DNA from: Eutreptiella sp. 'Long Island Sound 2002'
Lineage: Eukaryota; Protista; Euglenida
Assembly: GCA_964036045.1 (NCBI GenBank)
Contig: OZ038379.1
Span: 76,012,001-76,076,000 of the forward strand
Direction: 5' to 3'
Length of the DNA: 64,000 nucleotides
Both the position numbers and the translations under genes were made by a program. Below, one piece after another: positions 1 through 13,549 of this stretch (position 1 is its first letter; every line of letters starts with the position of its first letter). A model generated the notes under the pieces. That model saw only the letters and a list, made by a program, of their open reading frames with translations. It did no database searches and had not been told where the DNA came from.

Positions 1-3000
1 AGGTTATAGGTAATTCTAAAATGGGTGTTCAAACAATGGTGAGGCCAAGAAAAATACGCTTTTTTCCTTAAAATGCAACAATGGAGGCCACCACATCACA
101 AGGAGAGAGTAAGAAAAAGTGTATTTCCATGCCTAGGGGTAGGCTTTGGTTGTTTTAGAGATGCCTACAGGCATACTACATTTTTATCTTAGTATTGGCC
201 TTACCAAAAAGGGTTGACAAAGCATTCTGACCTATAAAACCAAGCACTAGATTCAGGATATTGTGTGGACCCCTGACCGCTAAACTGACGTCACATAAAC
301 ACCATTTTCCTGAGTGACTGAGGCGTTGCTTTGAGTCTAGAGCCTTTACATTTTTCTATATTTTCTCATGAATGCTTAGCTCTCCTAGTGGTCTGCACCC
401 TAGGCGGCAGGGGCACCTCTTTTTGAGAGGTCCTAGGTTCAATACCCAGTCAGCCTAGCTAAGTAGGAAGTTCCCATGTGACATCGCAGTGACCTCAGTG
501 CTACATGCCATGCTACCTCAGCACCTATGGGACCCAAAACAAAGAGTGCACATCTCTAGATGGTACTAGAAAAGGAGAGAGTGCCCATGTGGGCACTTTT
601 CCAATTATCTTTTCTAAATCTGTGGTCTTTGTGAAGTTCCTTTGTGTAAATACACTGTCTATCGTTTCTCCATTCACTGCAGCCGTTCATGTTGTGGATT
701 TGATCCTGAATTTCATCCTTTTGCACTGTGGGAACTTGGGAGCCTTTGGACCATTCTTTTATTTCACCAAAAACATTGGCAAGTGGAAAGCAAGGCATCA
801 ACAAGAAGCAGCAGAAGCAAGCAGGAGCAGAATACAAAACAAACACATCAAAAACTTCATCACTGAAAGTTGTTCAAACTTCCTTCCTATGTACATAGAG
901 CGGCTGTCCTTCGATGAACTTCGGCTCGTCACAAACGTCAGGCCGCTCATTTAGTTAAATTTGCTGTGTTCAAAAAAAAAAAAGAACTCCCTCTATCCGT
1001 CACGGCCCTAGGCATGGTCGGTGGCAACAAGTGTTTGGGAACACAAAGTAAGGATCGTTTGCACCTTTGGAAAGGTTTCTATATTGATGCCCCTTTCCAT
1101 AACAAGGAAAGGTATCAAACAAAAATGGTGACCAAGTAAGGTTGGCACTCATTGAAAGTCGTTGGTGTAGCTTGGAGTGGCCACTTTTTGAGGTGGTTTG
1201 TTGCTCCTAAAGTGTGCCACTCCAAGACCTCCAAGGAGTTTTGTGTCGGCCTTAGTGTGAGCCTCCCTTGGTCACCGGTGCCTTTTGGTGCTACAAAGAC
1301 CTCTTGAACACAACCAGAACACCCCATATCACACCTTACCACAAGAGTACATCTTACCACAAGGGTGAGGGGGTAGAAAAGTGGCACCCTAGAGTCCCAA
1401 CTTCAGAGTGCTATATCCTACAATAAAAAGTGTTTGGGTGCATAAGGAAAGGATAGGTTGGAAAGCTTGTAGGTTGATGTTAAAGCCTCCTGAGATATTA
1501 TGCAGAGATATTGAACTGCAACAGTAACCAAAAAAGGTTGACACTAACTTGTACTCTGTGAGGTCGTGGTGTGACACCCGTAAAGCTCGTTTGTAGCACC
1601 CCACCAACCGCCGCATAGTGTGCCATCCAAGCACTGAAGCACCACAAGTGCTGTGAGACCACTCTACAACGTATATCAACAAATCATGTGTATTCTATCC
1701 GCTTCTAGTGGTTTTGCAACAAAAGTTGGAGCAAAAGTTGGTCACTACAACATTGTACCACACCAATTTGCCACCCTTGATGACCGGCAACCAACAAATG
1801 CTACAATTACAACACATCACCAAGCCAGCCTTGTGTTGTAAACGTCAAAGGCACTTGGAATCGTGTTGAAATACCATGACTTACCTTGTGCAGGCAAATG
1901 CAAGCCACATTTTGATGGCAAAGGCAAACAATCTTCACAATTGCAGATCTCCCTTCCAACCAACATGTGCTGAATTGGTGCAAACACCCCAACGGCCGAA
2001 CAACGAACTTGTGACCTATGGAAAGGGACCCTAACCGCGAGTTAAACGCATAAAACTTATATCACCCTGTGGCCAAACACCCAAAAAAGAACTTGTAAAC
2101 TCGAAACATGGGACATGTCAAGATCCAACCCGTCATGTCTCAAGGACATGGCATGTCCAGAGCACATGACCAATGACCAAAGTTTCACTTTAAGGGAACA
2201 AACGTGCAACAAGCACAACACAGGACCAACCAAAAGACAACTCAAACCACGGTTTCAACATGACTAAACAGCTGCAAGCTGTCCAATGCATAACACACCA
2301 CTTCGAACACAAACCGTGGCACAAAGTTATTCAAATGCGTCTACATACAACTCAGTCCAAGTTAGTGGGGTTGGGGTAAAAAGTGGTCCTCTAAATGTCT
2401 GAAAGTTTGGCCAAATTACGGTGCGAAATCGACGACTCGACGACATTACAAATAGCTCACCAGGTAAACAGACACCTGAAGAAGACATTTCCGGCGTCTC
2501 AACCTTTCATCTTCCCACAATTTCGAGAAAATCTCAAAACTCTGCGCGTCGCGCTTCAGTCCAAGTTGTGCGCACATCCAACGCCCCAACGCGGCACTGT
2601 GATGGTTGCGAAAAGACAATCATTTGGCATGATCCCCAACTCTGATTATCAAGCTTCGAAGTTTTGTTTTTTTTTGCTACTTGTTGTCTTTTGCATGCCT
2701 GAACTCCTGCTGACCCAATACTTGACGACGATTTTGCAGCCACGATGGTCTCTTTCATGTCAGTGAGCACCACCTTGCACCACAGTGCAAGCTGGGGCCA
2801 TCCGGGAATCCTCCCAATTGCACCTCTCTGCCACATGTAGCTGCCACAAGTGTGAACATGAGTGCCCTGAGGCTTCCAAAGCGCACCGGTAACTATCTCC
2901 CCTGTAGTTGTGTGTCCCTCCATTGGCTTAGTGAAAAGGGCTTCGACCCGAGCACGGACAAACTTCTCGAAAGAAAGGTAGCTATTTGGCAAGGAAGATT

Positions 3001-3126
3001 TCATATTGAAAAGAAATCTGGTGATAAAATATCCAAGTTGTGTGAACATTTTTGCATGCGTGCAGGATCTCGACACGGTTCTGAAGAGAAAACCTAGTGT
3101 TCTGCTAGACAAAAAAATTTCGGGTT

Positions 3127-3243
3127 ATGCAGTTATTATCTTGGTCACGAGACCTTGAGATAACAAAAAAACAACGTATGTTTGATGTGCGGTTACTATC
3201 TTTGTCACGAGACCTTGATATAACCAAAAACAACGCATGTTTG
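3127..3243. repeat. Tandem duplication, unit about 60 bp
   Basis: TGC(A/G)GTTA(T/C)TATCTT(G/T)GTCACGAGACCTTGA...AAAAACAACG(T/C)ATGTTTG occurs twice. Confidence 0.85.
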
Positions 3244-4822
3244 TGAGGGCACAGTCCAGGCTACAACAATTTTGTCTCCTGTGATGAAGGCACTGTAGAA
3301 GGCCAGATGACTTGAAGCGAAACTTGCGCACCGCCGTTATTGTACTGCGCCCGGTTGCTGAAGCAACGTGCGGTGTGGAATTGAAGAGGTTAATTTGACT
3401 AGGCAAGTTGCAGTCTTCTCAAGTCTCGAGTTCGGAGTCCCTTTATATTCTTCTTCTGTTCTCTTATCTCGCTTTCCGCAATTTGCGCAACTCCGTGCCC
3501 CAGCTTTGACGAGCGCACTCGCGTTCTCTGTGCGGGTGTTCTGGTAATGAGGGAGGGGGGGGAACGTTGAGGGATGCGACGGCGGTGGTTCGCACACCTG
3601 GGAAAGCAACCTCGGACCGTTATGCTTTGTCACGAAAGCTAGGGCCGCGTAGGTCGTCTACCACCAATCATTTCTCGATCCAGGTGGAATTTTACGAAAA
3701 GACCGAACTGCAACAAGACATTGACATCCTGGCATCGTGTGTGTTTTAGTTACTATAGATGGGGAAACTGTGAAACTTCACCGGTAACATTGGGGTTGGT
3801 AACAACTTTTGTTGGTGCATTCCATAGTTCGCTCCGAAGGGGTGTCCACCAGTCTTATTTGCTCTTGTTAAGTGGCCTTTGCAACAACCAACTTGCTATT
3901 GCTATTAATTTATAGTTCAAGCTCGCAATTTCGTGCCCAACCGTTGGGTCTCTTGATTATTGTGGAAACTTTCATCTTCTCTTTCGAAGACACGTGACTT
4001 GCAGCATGAAGTATCCCAAGGGTCGCTTCGTGTCTTGTGAGCAAAATTGAACACCCGTCATACAACACAACCAACAACAACAACCAACTACAAGAGACCC
4101 TTTTGTCCAACAACTGATGATATGAGCTTTTATTTTGGGCCGACAACATTTTTTGGGCACAACAATTTGATTTCTTTTGACATCTTTTGTGTGATTTTCT
4201 TATTAGTATTACTTGCTCGAAGGGTCATTGCAAGAGGTCGTTCCACGGGGTACAAGACAGCTGTTAGCACATTTTGAAACCGTGTAGCCCGTTCCACCTC
4301 GCACGGTGCAAGTGGGAGAGGCTGCAATCCCCACACCCAAAGCAAAGCATGGCTATCATCCGTCGATCACTTGCGGCACAATGAGCATGATAGGGAGGGT
4401 TTTGATGAAATGCCCCCCCCAAAAGAAACTCGCTTGTGACGTCAAACAAAACACAAGTACATGGTGAAGGAGTGCGTTTCGATAGTCTTCTTTTTCCGCG
4501 GACAGCTTTGCACAAGCAGCAAACAGACGTCTTGAACCGTAATACTTGACGATTTATTTGTTGTCCATTGAAGCACAATGACCGCATAATGTACTATGGA
4601 ATTCACGTTGTGCATACGCTAAAATGTAAATGTGCTCTTATTCTTCGTGTTCCCGCGTGCAACACCCTCGTCTGCCACCCCGTGAGATTCCAAACCACCC
4701 AATCTCAGCCCACATTTCCAAAGTTTCTATTTTTTTTTCTGATATCCCAAATCCCACGGATGGCTTGAGATTTGGGCTTTGGGCCCACACTCCACGTTGT
4801 GAGCTCCTACAACCTCACTGCC

Positions 4823-6310
4823 ATGGAGCACCCACCGCCCGTGGGGATCGATCCTCGCTGGGCAACTGCTCCACGTGGATGGCGCCATGCTCACCCCACT
4901 CGAACGTTGACACCAAGTATGGCATATTTCAATAGCTGTGGAGGCCATCCGCACCAGCAACCAATATTCATCTCAGACACCCCTAAGCCTGTGCATGGTC
5001 TTCACCAACATCCAATCATGATTTCGGATGCAGACACTTTGTCGGGTTTCGCTCCCCCACCAGCATACTGCCCTGACGGTTCCGTGCAAATCGGGATGCA
5101 CCAGCCCATTTATTGTCCACAAAGCCCAATTTTTAGTGGCCGATGTGATCAGGCAGTGCGCTCACGCTCATCACCTTCCCGACAGCATGGCTCTCCCCAC
5201 GTCGCCACTCAATATTGGTCTGCAACCCCGGTCACTCAATTTTTGCAACAACCCGGGTCAGCGACCGCCGCTCCCCGATCCAAGAGGAGTTTGTGCAGCA
5301 CCGGTCGAAGTTTCAGCCAACTACAACAAAGAGGAAGGCCAAACCTTGCAGGCAGAGAAACGAGGTCTTGGGTTGAGAGCAGATTAATTGAGGTCTCCGC
5401 CGAGGACACACTTCCCTGTATTGTGGAATCGCGCATTGTTGAAGTCCCATACCCTGTCAATTGCATTCTGGAAATCCCTTTGATCGAAGAGATTTATGTG
5501 GATGAGGTGGCCGGAGAAAACAACACAAAGAACATGCCGGTTATTGTGGAACGAACCGTGGTTGTTTCTGAAGAAGAAGCTGTCTCGCCTCGTGCAAGAA
5601 GTAGGATTGAGGGGCGGGCTGAGTTTGAGCAGGTGCCGGTATTCACTGCAACAAACGAGGAACGTGCACCATCCTCCCCTTTGGATGTGGAGGCGATCAG
5701 GTCAGAGCAAGCCCCAGCCACTGGTAAACGTATGCGCATCCTTGGCGTGGAGCGTATGCCAGGGGAGCCTGTTCGAGCAGCCTGTGGTCAAATGCTGGGG
5801 CTTCGGACCGCAGAGTTAGGAGCGCTGCCTGTTCGGCTGTCACCCGTCAGGAATGCTCCATCCATCGCCTTTCAGTCAGCCCAAGGGGCGGAGATGCAAG
5901 TTTTAAACATAGCGCCAGCTCCCCCTCAGTATGTGTTCGGGGTGCCGCCAGCGGACATCTTTGCTGATGTTCCAGTTGCAGAGCTACCGAAAGGATTTGC
6001 TCCGGGTGGCGTCCAATTTCAGAAGAAGCAACTTCCGGACCGAGTGAGCACCACATTGGTGCCAGTTGAGACAGTGGTGGAGGTTCCTGTTGAGAAACTT
6101 GTGGAGAAGGTTCGCTATGAGGAGGTGCAGGGCATCACTGTGACCCAGACCAAGGAAATCCCAACGATCAACATCATCGAGAAACCTGTGGAGCGCATCA
6201 AGGAGGTTACTCGAGAAGTGCCTGTCCCCGTGTACAATGACACCGAAGTCCCAGTGATCAAACTCAAGGACGCCTATGTGTGCAAGCGCGTGGAGAAGGT
6301 GGTGGAGAAG
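4823..6310 (+). CDS. Giant gene exon 1: Pro/His/Gln-rich N-terminus followed by articulin/epiplasmin-like VPV/VEK repeats
   Basis: In ORF 4772..6328; first ATG at 4823 (start not certain). Contains VEVPYPV, VPVETVVEVPVEKLVEKV, IIEKPVERIKEVTREVPVPV and RVEKVVEK. Donor AAG|GTCTGC at 6311, phase 0; the repeat continues seamlessly in exon 2. Confidence 0.85.
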
Positions 6311-7570
6311 GTCTGCACCTGTGCCTGAGCCTGTGCACATGCCTGTACCTGTTTGCCTGTGCTTGTGTTTGCTGATGCGTGTCCGTCTGTGCACATGTCT
6401 GCATGTGACCGTGCATATGCATGTGGCGGGTGCCAAGCAAGACCTATCTAGCAACCCTCTTCAAGGTGATGTATGTGAAGTTTCTGAATTGTTCCAAAGA
6501 ATGCACACATGCAACACAATTTCTGGTTCCTGGGTTCTGACCAGTGGCGCACAGGCACCATGACCACCATGCAGGCAGAACACCCCGCCCTCAGTCCTAA
6601 ATACAATGCACCCTGCCTCAGAAGCGGCGACACTTTTGGACCTCTGGATTGCTGTCTGCATCAAGCGCAGGCGTGCAAGTGCCATGTACCCCCCTTTTTG
6701 GGGGGGGTATTCACATCGCATAGCCCACTGTATAAAATTGGACGTTTAACCCCTTGTAAAATCATCATTTGACCAAGTTATTGTCTAATGAATTTGTATA
6801 CCCCAACCCCTTTTGGGGGGGATTCGCCATACACCAATGTGCAAAATTGGATGTTTAACCCCTTCAAAAATTATATCATTCTGGGACACAAAATCACCCT
6901 TCAATGAATTTTGATTTGGACCCCTCCGCACCCCCCCCCCCCTTTGAGCTGGATAGCACTGAGGACACTTTTTCTGAACACTCCAACGGCGAAGCTGACC
7001 AGCAGCCATAATGGCACAACAAGACCGCGAGGTGCGCTGCCTGCCGCATGAGTTCCTGCTCATGCAACCTGCTGTGCGCGCACGCTGGGCAGCACAGCTG
7101 CCACGAACACGGGCGCTGTTGCAACATACTTATTTTTTGTCTTTCACAGCCCCAACAAATCTGCACTGTCCTGCACCTGAGGTCCCAGACAAACCCAAAA
7201 AAGGAAACAAACCCCAGAGGGAAAGAGTAGTTGCACAGCCATCGACTCCCACAATACCAACAACTGTCCTTGAAGTTCCCTGGGAGGACTGACTAGACAT
7301 TGTCAAAAACATGGTAAAGGTTTCCACAGGGTCACCTCTACAAATCTTCAACACCCACCAGCGCCTCGCCTCACACTTGCTTGATAACAATCAGCATTCC
7401 TCCGTGTTTCCTGTTTGTGTTGCCTGGTGGTGTTTAGGTGAGGGCACAATGTATGGACCCAAAAAGATGAGTTAATTGACAGATCTATATGCTGAATGGG
7501 TCAACATGGTGCATTTTTGCAATTCCTGGTGGATATGATTCATTTCGGCACGGGGGGGGGGGGGCTGCTT

Positions 7571-7862
7571 CCGATGGTCAAAAGTACCGCGCGTTTTGGA
7601 ACCCCTAAAATCGAGTTATGGCCATTTTAGTCACCCGGCTGGCCACGGCCGTTTCAAGCCGAAAAACACCCAAAATGGGAATAAATCGCAATTTCCCGGG
7701 GTTACATGCATTTTCAGCAAATGTTGCGAGAGACAAAAACGAAGAGCAAGAAATTCCGCATCCGATGGTCAAAAGTACCGCGCGTTTTGGAACCCCTAAA
7801 ATCGAGTTGTGGCCATTTTAGTCACCCGGCTGGCCACGGCCGTTTCAAGCCGAAAAACACCC
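7571..7862. repeat. Direct repeat of about 100 bp, period 191 bp
   Basis: CCGATGGTCAAAAGTACCGCGCGTTTTGGAACCCC...GAAAAACACCC at 7571-7671 and 7762-7862, nearly identical. Confidence 0.9.
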
Positions 7863-10800
7863 CCCCTCCCCCCCGCCAAACGGGCATGCGTGCAGCCACA
7901 CAGCAAGGCACGGCATGGACGTGGAGGGACGGAGGTGACTTAAACCCCCATACCCCAGAGGTTCTGGCTCAGGCGAGGCATGACCCGAGCAGGCGCTAGA
8001 CAGGACAGCTGCATGACATGCATGACAGTCTGCATGCTTTTGGAGGCGCCCCAGGCGACCACGGGGGCCTTGGACCCATACGGGCCTCCCTGTATAATAT
8101 TGTTCTTCCCCCGACCTTTCCACACACACACACACAGACCCGCCACCAACACATTTATGCTATTTTTATCTCGGCGTACCGCAGCCGGGAAAATGAAAGC
8201 GGGCGGAACGTAAGGGGCTGCTCCAGTCCAATCGACCTCCCTTCCTGAGGGCCTGAGTGCTCGGTAGACGGTAGGGGGACGTGGTAGTGTATGGATACAA
8301 TTTTTGGAGGGACCATCCTCGCAACTCGATGGGGAGATAGAAGCCATTGCGGATTTGCTTCGTATAGCCCCTTCAGATGTAGAACCGCATGTAATGTGTT
8401 CGTCAACACATGTCACAAACATCCTCTTATTTTTTCTCCCATCTTGGGCGGACAGTGGGTGGACCAGGGTGCTGACGTCCGAAGATTAAATTGCGTGTCA
8501 TGCAGTGCGTCCACCACAAGTGCTCCCACCAACAGGTGACAGTACACTGGCACGCTCGCTCACCCCTAGCCCGATGACCTTAGTGTACCCCTTATTAGCA
8601 TCCCCATCTGCCAGTGATGGATCTAATTTGTGCGCCACTCAGGGGGTGGGGGTGGGGGGGGGGGGGTAGTGAATTGTGACATGTCACAAAAAATACAATA
8701 GGCCATAGTGGGAAAACAGCTTTTCTGAAAATATTGTGACACCCAAAAGGCTCTGCGGTACTTCCTGAGGGCAGTGGTATTTCCTGAGGGCATGTGGGCA
8801 GGTTGCTGAATAGTTGTGTCTGTGCTTCTGACCTTGCTTCTGACCTTGCTGTTTTTTGTGACATGCATCCATCCATTGCATGCACAGCATAGAGATGAGA
8901 CGCGGTGTCAACTGACACTGTGTTCTCTGTAGGCTCTGAAGACTGCCGATTTGTCTGCTGCATCCTTCCGACAGCCTTTGTCACAGTTCTGTCATGGGTC
9001 GAAAGAAAGTGGAATGTCAGTGTGATCCGCCGTGTGTTTCTGCCGCGGCATGTCGACGCACAGTGAAAGAAGAGCTGCGTGAACTGCAGAAAAAACATGG
9101 TCCATATGAGAGGTGGTTGCGTCACAATTTAGTTGTGCGAAAAGAGGTCAAACAGGCTGTTTTGCAGGGCTGGGTGTTGGACAGTAAGGGGGTCGGGGGC
9201 GCTGATGTGACGAAAACAATTTTGTTGACAAAGCTATTGCAACAGCTAGAGGAAAGGTTTCAGAATGAGGCATACTCCCAGCTGCAGGTTGCAGATTTCA
9301 AAGGACAAAGGAAAAGAACGGACCAAGGAACGCGTTCTGCCAGAAACTGCAGAGTATGTTGATAACCTGGGACAGGTTTCAGATTCAGGCAGCTCCCTGT
9401 CCTCTTTTGGAAGCATTTCCACAGATGCTTCCAGCGCAAGCGCCCTCACTGTCAGTGACGAGGAAAGTGGTACTGACAGTGACAGTGACAGTGAATGAGA
9501 ACCCTGCTGCACAGTGACAGTGAATAAGAACCCTGGTGGACTACCCAGAAACAAAAAAAAACTGTTTGTTGTTGCCTGTACCCTGCTGCACACACATGCC
9601 TCTCTGGAAGGGTTGTCCTGCTTGCCTCCTGGTACCCTGCGTGGCTCAATCTGTGACCGGGTTTTTTTGTGACGCGTATTGTGACGCCTCGTCACAACAG
9701 GGGGGGGGGGCGGGGAGGGAGGGACACCCCCCCCCCCCCAATTAGATCCATCACTGCCATCTGCCACCTTCGCCAATATACTCCCCAGTGGCTCGGTCTC
9801 TGTCGCTAGTGTATCCACCGCTGACTCCTAGCCCGCAGTGTGGTACGCCGCTGTGAAGCGGCGCAGGAAAGTTAGGTAGTTATTGTCGTAATTTGCGGCC
9901 ATTGTATGGTTTGTTCGTTGCGGTGTTTCCACTCTTGACCAGGTTTGCTATGGTTCGTTGCGGGGGGCAGATGAGCAATGCGGGAATTGAGCGTGCTATG
10001 TTTCTCCTACGACTCTAATCCGCATCCCAAGCTGTGTGCCAATGTGTTAGTCATCGGCCTGCCAGTGTGGCCTCTTGGACATGGAACTTATGGTTTCGCT
10101 GATGAATGGTAGGATCCTAGGCTTGTTGAACCTCGCAATTTGAGCTTTGACTGAAATCCTTGGGCGTCACACACACATGCACACACATACCACATAGGGA
10201 GTACCTTTTTTTTTGGTACGGGGGGGGGGGTCCAAGAACATATTGAAGAGAGGTTATTAGATCAAGCCCAGGTGCAAACACATTACACCCTCTTTTTGCG
10301 GGGTCGTTCGCATAGCATACCCCAAGGCATGGTTTTGATGTCTAACCCGATGTAAAATGTTTTTCTTGCAGGATAAAAACAGTTCCCCAATGGATTTTTG
10401 ATTTTGAGCCCTTTATCCCCCCCGGAGCTGGATACCATTTTTTAGGAGGTGGGGGGGGGGGGGGGGCAATAGTTTGTGCTTCGAAGGATTTGAACTAGGA
10501 TTGGTAAAGCAACTCATGGGCGAACCAACACTCGCTTAGTCTCCGGTCAAATGTTCTACGACTCCACCATTGATCGTTGGTACTGAAGTGCTGTTCCCCG
10601 CTTCTTGTAGCTGTAGGCTTCCACCAAAAAAAGCCAAACTGTGTGTTTTTGCCTATATGGTGAGCATAACCTGGCATACCAGGAATACCTGGTAGTATAC
10701 GGGTAAAAAAGGGGGTTTTGGGAGAAAGGGGTATGTGGCATGTACAGGTGGCTACTAATGTACAATGCACAATGCATGCATAGGTGGGTTGGGGAATACC

Positions 10801-10863
10801 TCTAGTTTGCCAATTGTGATGATGAATGTTGTGTTTGAAACTACCCCATTTTGGGCTCTTGGG

Positions 10864-10957
10864 GTATACGGCCGTATGCTCAAGGCTCCAATACCTCAGT
10901 ATACGGCCGTATACTCTGGAGTACACGGCCGTATACTTAGAGTGTACGGCCGTATAC
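10864..10957. repeat. Palindrome array 1 (GTATACGGCCGTATAC, 4 copies)
   Basis: Copies at 10864, 10899, 10921 and 10942; one is perfect and three carry a single substitution. Confidence 0.9.
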
Positions 10958-11099
10958 CGGGGGTATTTGTTTGCACCACGTGGTTGTTTCAAGTTGAAAA
11001 ATTCCATTTTTGTGCCTTTTGTGCCCATCTTGTTGCATGCTTTGCCTTTGCCAAACAATTGCACACCACTTGAAACCAATCTAGGCTCATACTTCACTC

Positions 11100-13368
11100 A
11101 TGATACTCATGATTGCAATGTATGTCTCCATATGTGTCCATTTCAATCCATATTATGTTGCTTCTTGCTCTCCTAGGCCCCCTTTTTCTGGCACCATGAC
11201 TGATGTGGGCACTCATGCCTTGCTGAAGAAGTGGGCCGACCACGTAGCTCTCCGCACAGTGCACAGAGGTGTTTACAGCCCCGACAGCACACGCACCGTG
11301 TCTTGGGCTTCTCTTGAGAATTGTGCTTGGTCCACCTTGGACACCCCTGTGGCCCCGGTGAAGGTAACGCAACCCGGCGTTGCCCAACCGCACATCCTCA
11401 CTGACCCTCTGTTGTCGTTGTTTGACAACAACCCGAATCTGCAAGCTATTGTGCTGCAGCTCCATGACACGGATGCCCGCGCTGTCGTGGAGCACGTTAA
11501 AAAAAGCTGTGGGGGACCAAATAGGGGGATGAGTTTGTATTTGAGGGAATGGGAGCTGCCGGATGGCTCTCCGGGGATTCCGGTCTCGGGGGACCTGGCT
11601 GCTGGCTGGTGCAAATGGGAGTGCAAGGCCCAGCAAGTGCAGCGGGGGCATTGGGAGGACACCGCCCCCCTCTGCTCCCTCCACTCCCAGTCGCCATGGT
11701 CGTGGCATGCCGATTTGGAGGGCCACACCCTCCCCACCTGGTACAAGGGTACTGGGATGCACCCCTCCCTTTTCTTCCCCCTCACCACCACCCCCCTTTC
11801 TGGTGTTGAACACCATCGTGTCTCCATCCCCATTGAGGTCGTCGATCATCGTCATGTCGACGACCTCAAGGATTTCAAGCAATGGGGCCATGCTTTCCAA
11901 ACTGGCTTCATTTCTGTCGATTGGATGGACAAGCTTCAGAATGAGTATGGGGAACTTAGGGGGGATGCGGGGGTCAATATTTTTAATGAGGATTGGCCCG
12001 CCGACACTCGTGCAAGGGACAGTGACACGCGCCGCACATTGACTCCACCGGAGGGGGGTGCAATGTACAGCTTTGCAAGGGAGGTCCTTATACCCCACTT
12101 GGAGACTTGGGTTGGAACTGTCCGGTGGTGAATGTTACCACCTTTATTGTGGTGCAGGCCGGTACAGTGGATGTGGAAAAAAAACAGTGTTGGCACCGTG
12201 ACATTAACCTCAGCTATGTTACCGGTCCGGACCAACACCATGTGATTTGCTTGTTCCCGATGTTCTGCCCCACACCCGATGATGGTTGTGCTGGGGATTT
12301 CGTGGTTGCATCACACACGGGCCTCCCGGACCCTTGGGTGGAGGCCCCATTGGCCCCATTGGCCATCGGGGATGTGTGGTTGGGCATTGCACTTACTGTG
12401 CATCGCGGAGGTATTTGCCCTACCACTAACCCCAATCGGCCCCATGTTTTTGGTTTCATTTCAGTTGGTACCTCAAGGTTCGACTACAACAACACTTGCG
12501 CTGTTGTTGTTCCCCCTTGGGCCAGCAAAGCGGCCGCATCCCCCCAAGGGTCTCAAGGCCCTCATGCCACTTGTGGTGCAGTTGGTTGTGAGGTGTTGCT
12601 GGATGTGAGTGATGATACCACAGTTTTTTGTGTCACATGTGGTAACGTGCCATTGTGTGCCACCCACGGCGTGGAGGGGCAATGTGGTGCCTGTCAGGAG
12701 GGCGCTTGGAATCAGGGTGAGACAATGACGCAACACAGTGGTGTTGCATGGGGTCGTTGTCCGTCCCCACTGCAGTTCTACATGCCCGTTGATGGGGCTA
12801 CTTTTTTTGCAACTGATGAAAATTTGACCCCCAGCCCCCTTCGAGTTGGGGTTGAGGGACCCTTCATATGAGGAGTGCCCATTGCGGCAAATGCATGCTA
12901 ACCCCTTGCCTTTTGTGGGCTCGGATGGCACTTTCCTTGCTTGTCCCCCCGGTTCATTGGTGGTTTCGCGGGGTTCGATTGGTGGTGTTGCTTTGGCTTC
13001 CACCGATGCCACAATCGGCGGGGTTTTGCATTGGTTTGCACTTGGCCACAAGCACCACCTCATGGATGTTGCACTGGCGGAGAGCTACGGTTGGGTGAAG
13101 TGGTGGCCATTCAAGACCATCTCAAGGAAGAAGAAGTCCAAGCTGAAGCCCAAGCCAAAGTCAAGGAAGGGCAAGGAGAAGGCCGGGGAAGAAGTTGAGG
13201 ACGTGGAGGAGGAGGAAGAGGAGAAGAATGAGCTGTGGTGCATCTGCAATCAGGTATTTGTTGTGGGCTGTGGGCATGGGGGGAAGTGTGTTGTTGTTAT
13301 TCATTAAGTGTCATGCATGTCAAAAGGCAGGGTCACCGGTGGGTTTTTTTTTTGCCTGTCGTCAGTGC
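11100..13368 (+). pseudogene. Cargo gene A (frameshifted): possible JmjC remnant, PhyH-like 2OG-Fe(II) dioxygenase, Cys cluster, acidic/basic linker, decayed PHD finger
   Basis: Overlapping ORFs 11100..12131, 12107..12871 and 12846..13307. Dioxygenase motifs QCWHRD (12185-12202), GDV...VHRGG (His at 12401) and NRPHVFGF. Cys cluster CxxxxC...CVTC...CATH...CGAC. PHD remnant WCICNQVFVVGCGHGGKCVVVIH*VSC...[frameshift]ACRQC (13239-13368). Confidence 0.7.
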
Positions 13369-13549
13369 CTTGGTTGCGGCTCTTCAGGTTGAATTTTTCT
13401 TTGATCATCAACCTTTTCAACTTCTTCGCAGGATTCTTCAATGGCCTACACACGTTTTTGCATGTTTGAGGGCATTGGGGTTTGAACCAGGGACGTTACC
13501 GTGCAAGTGTAGCATGCATACCTCTCACCCACCCGGTGCCATGGTCTGG

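Noticed and set aside
8994-9498. Coding-like fragments (CQCDPPC..., acidic SDSDS tail)
   Set aside because: Short and frameshifted with no motif I can assign; left unannotated.
10495-11176. ORFs rich in YTAVY / YGRI (also 13235..13798, 13482..13718)
   Set aside because: Translations of the palindrome arrays on either strand, not proteins.
11094-12098. 334-aa minus-strand ORF
   Set aside because: Antisense shadow of cargo gene A, which carries the recognisable motifs.
13252-13433. Intron after WCICNQ|GT supplying the rest of the PHD finger
   Set aside because: The remaining Cys/His ligands lie directly downstream in genomic sequence; the candidate acceptors I tested did not give PHD residues.
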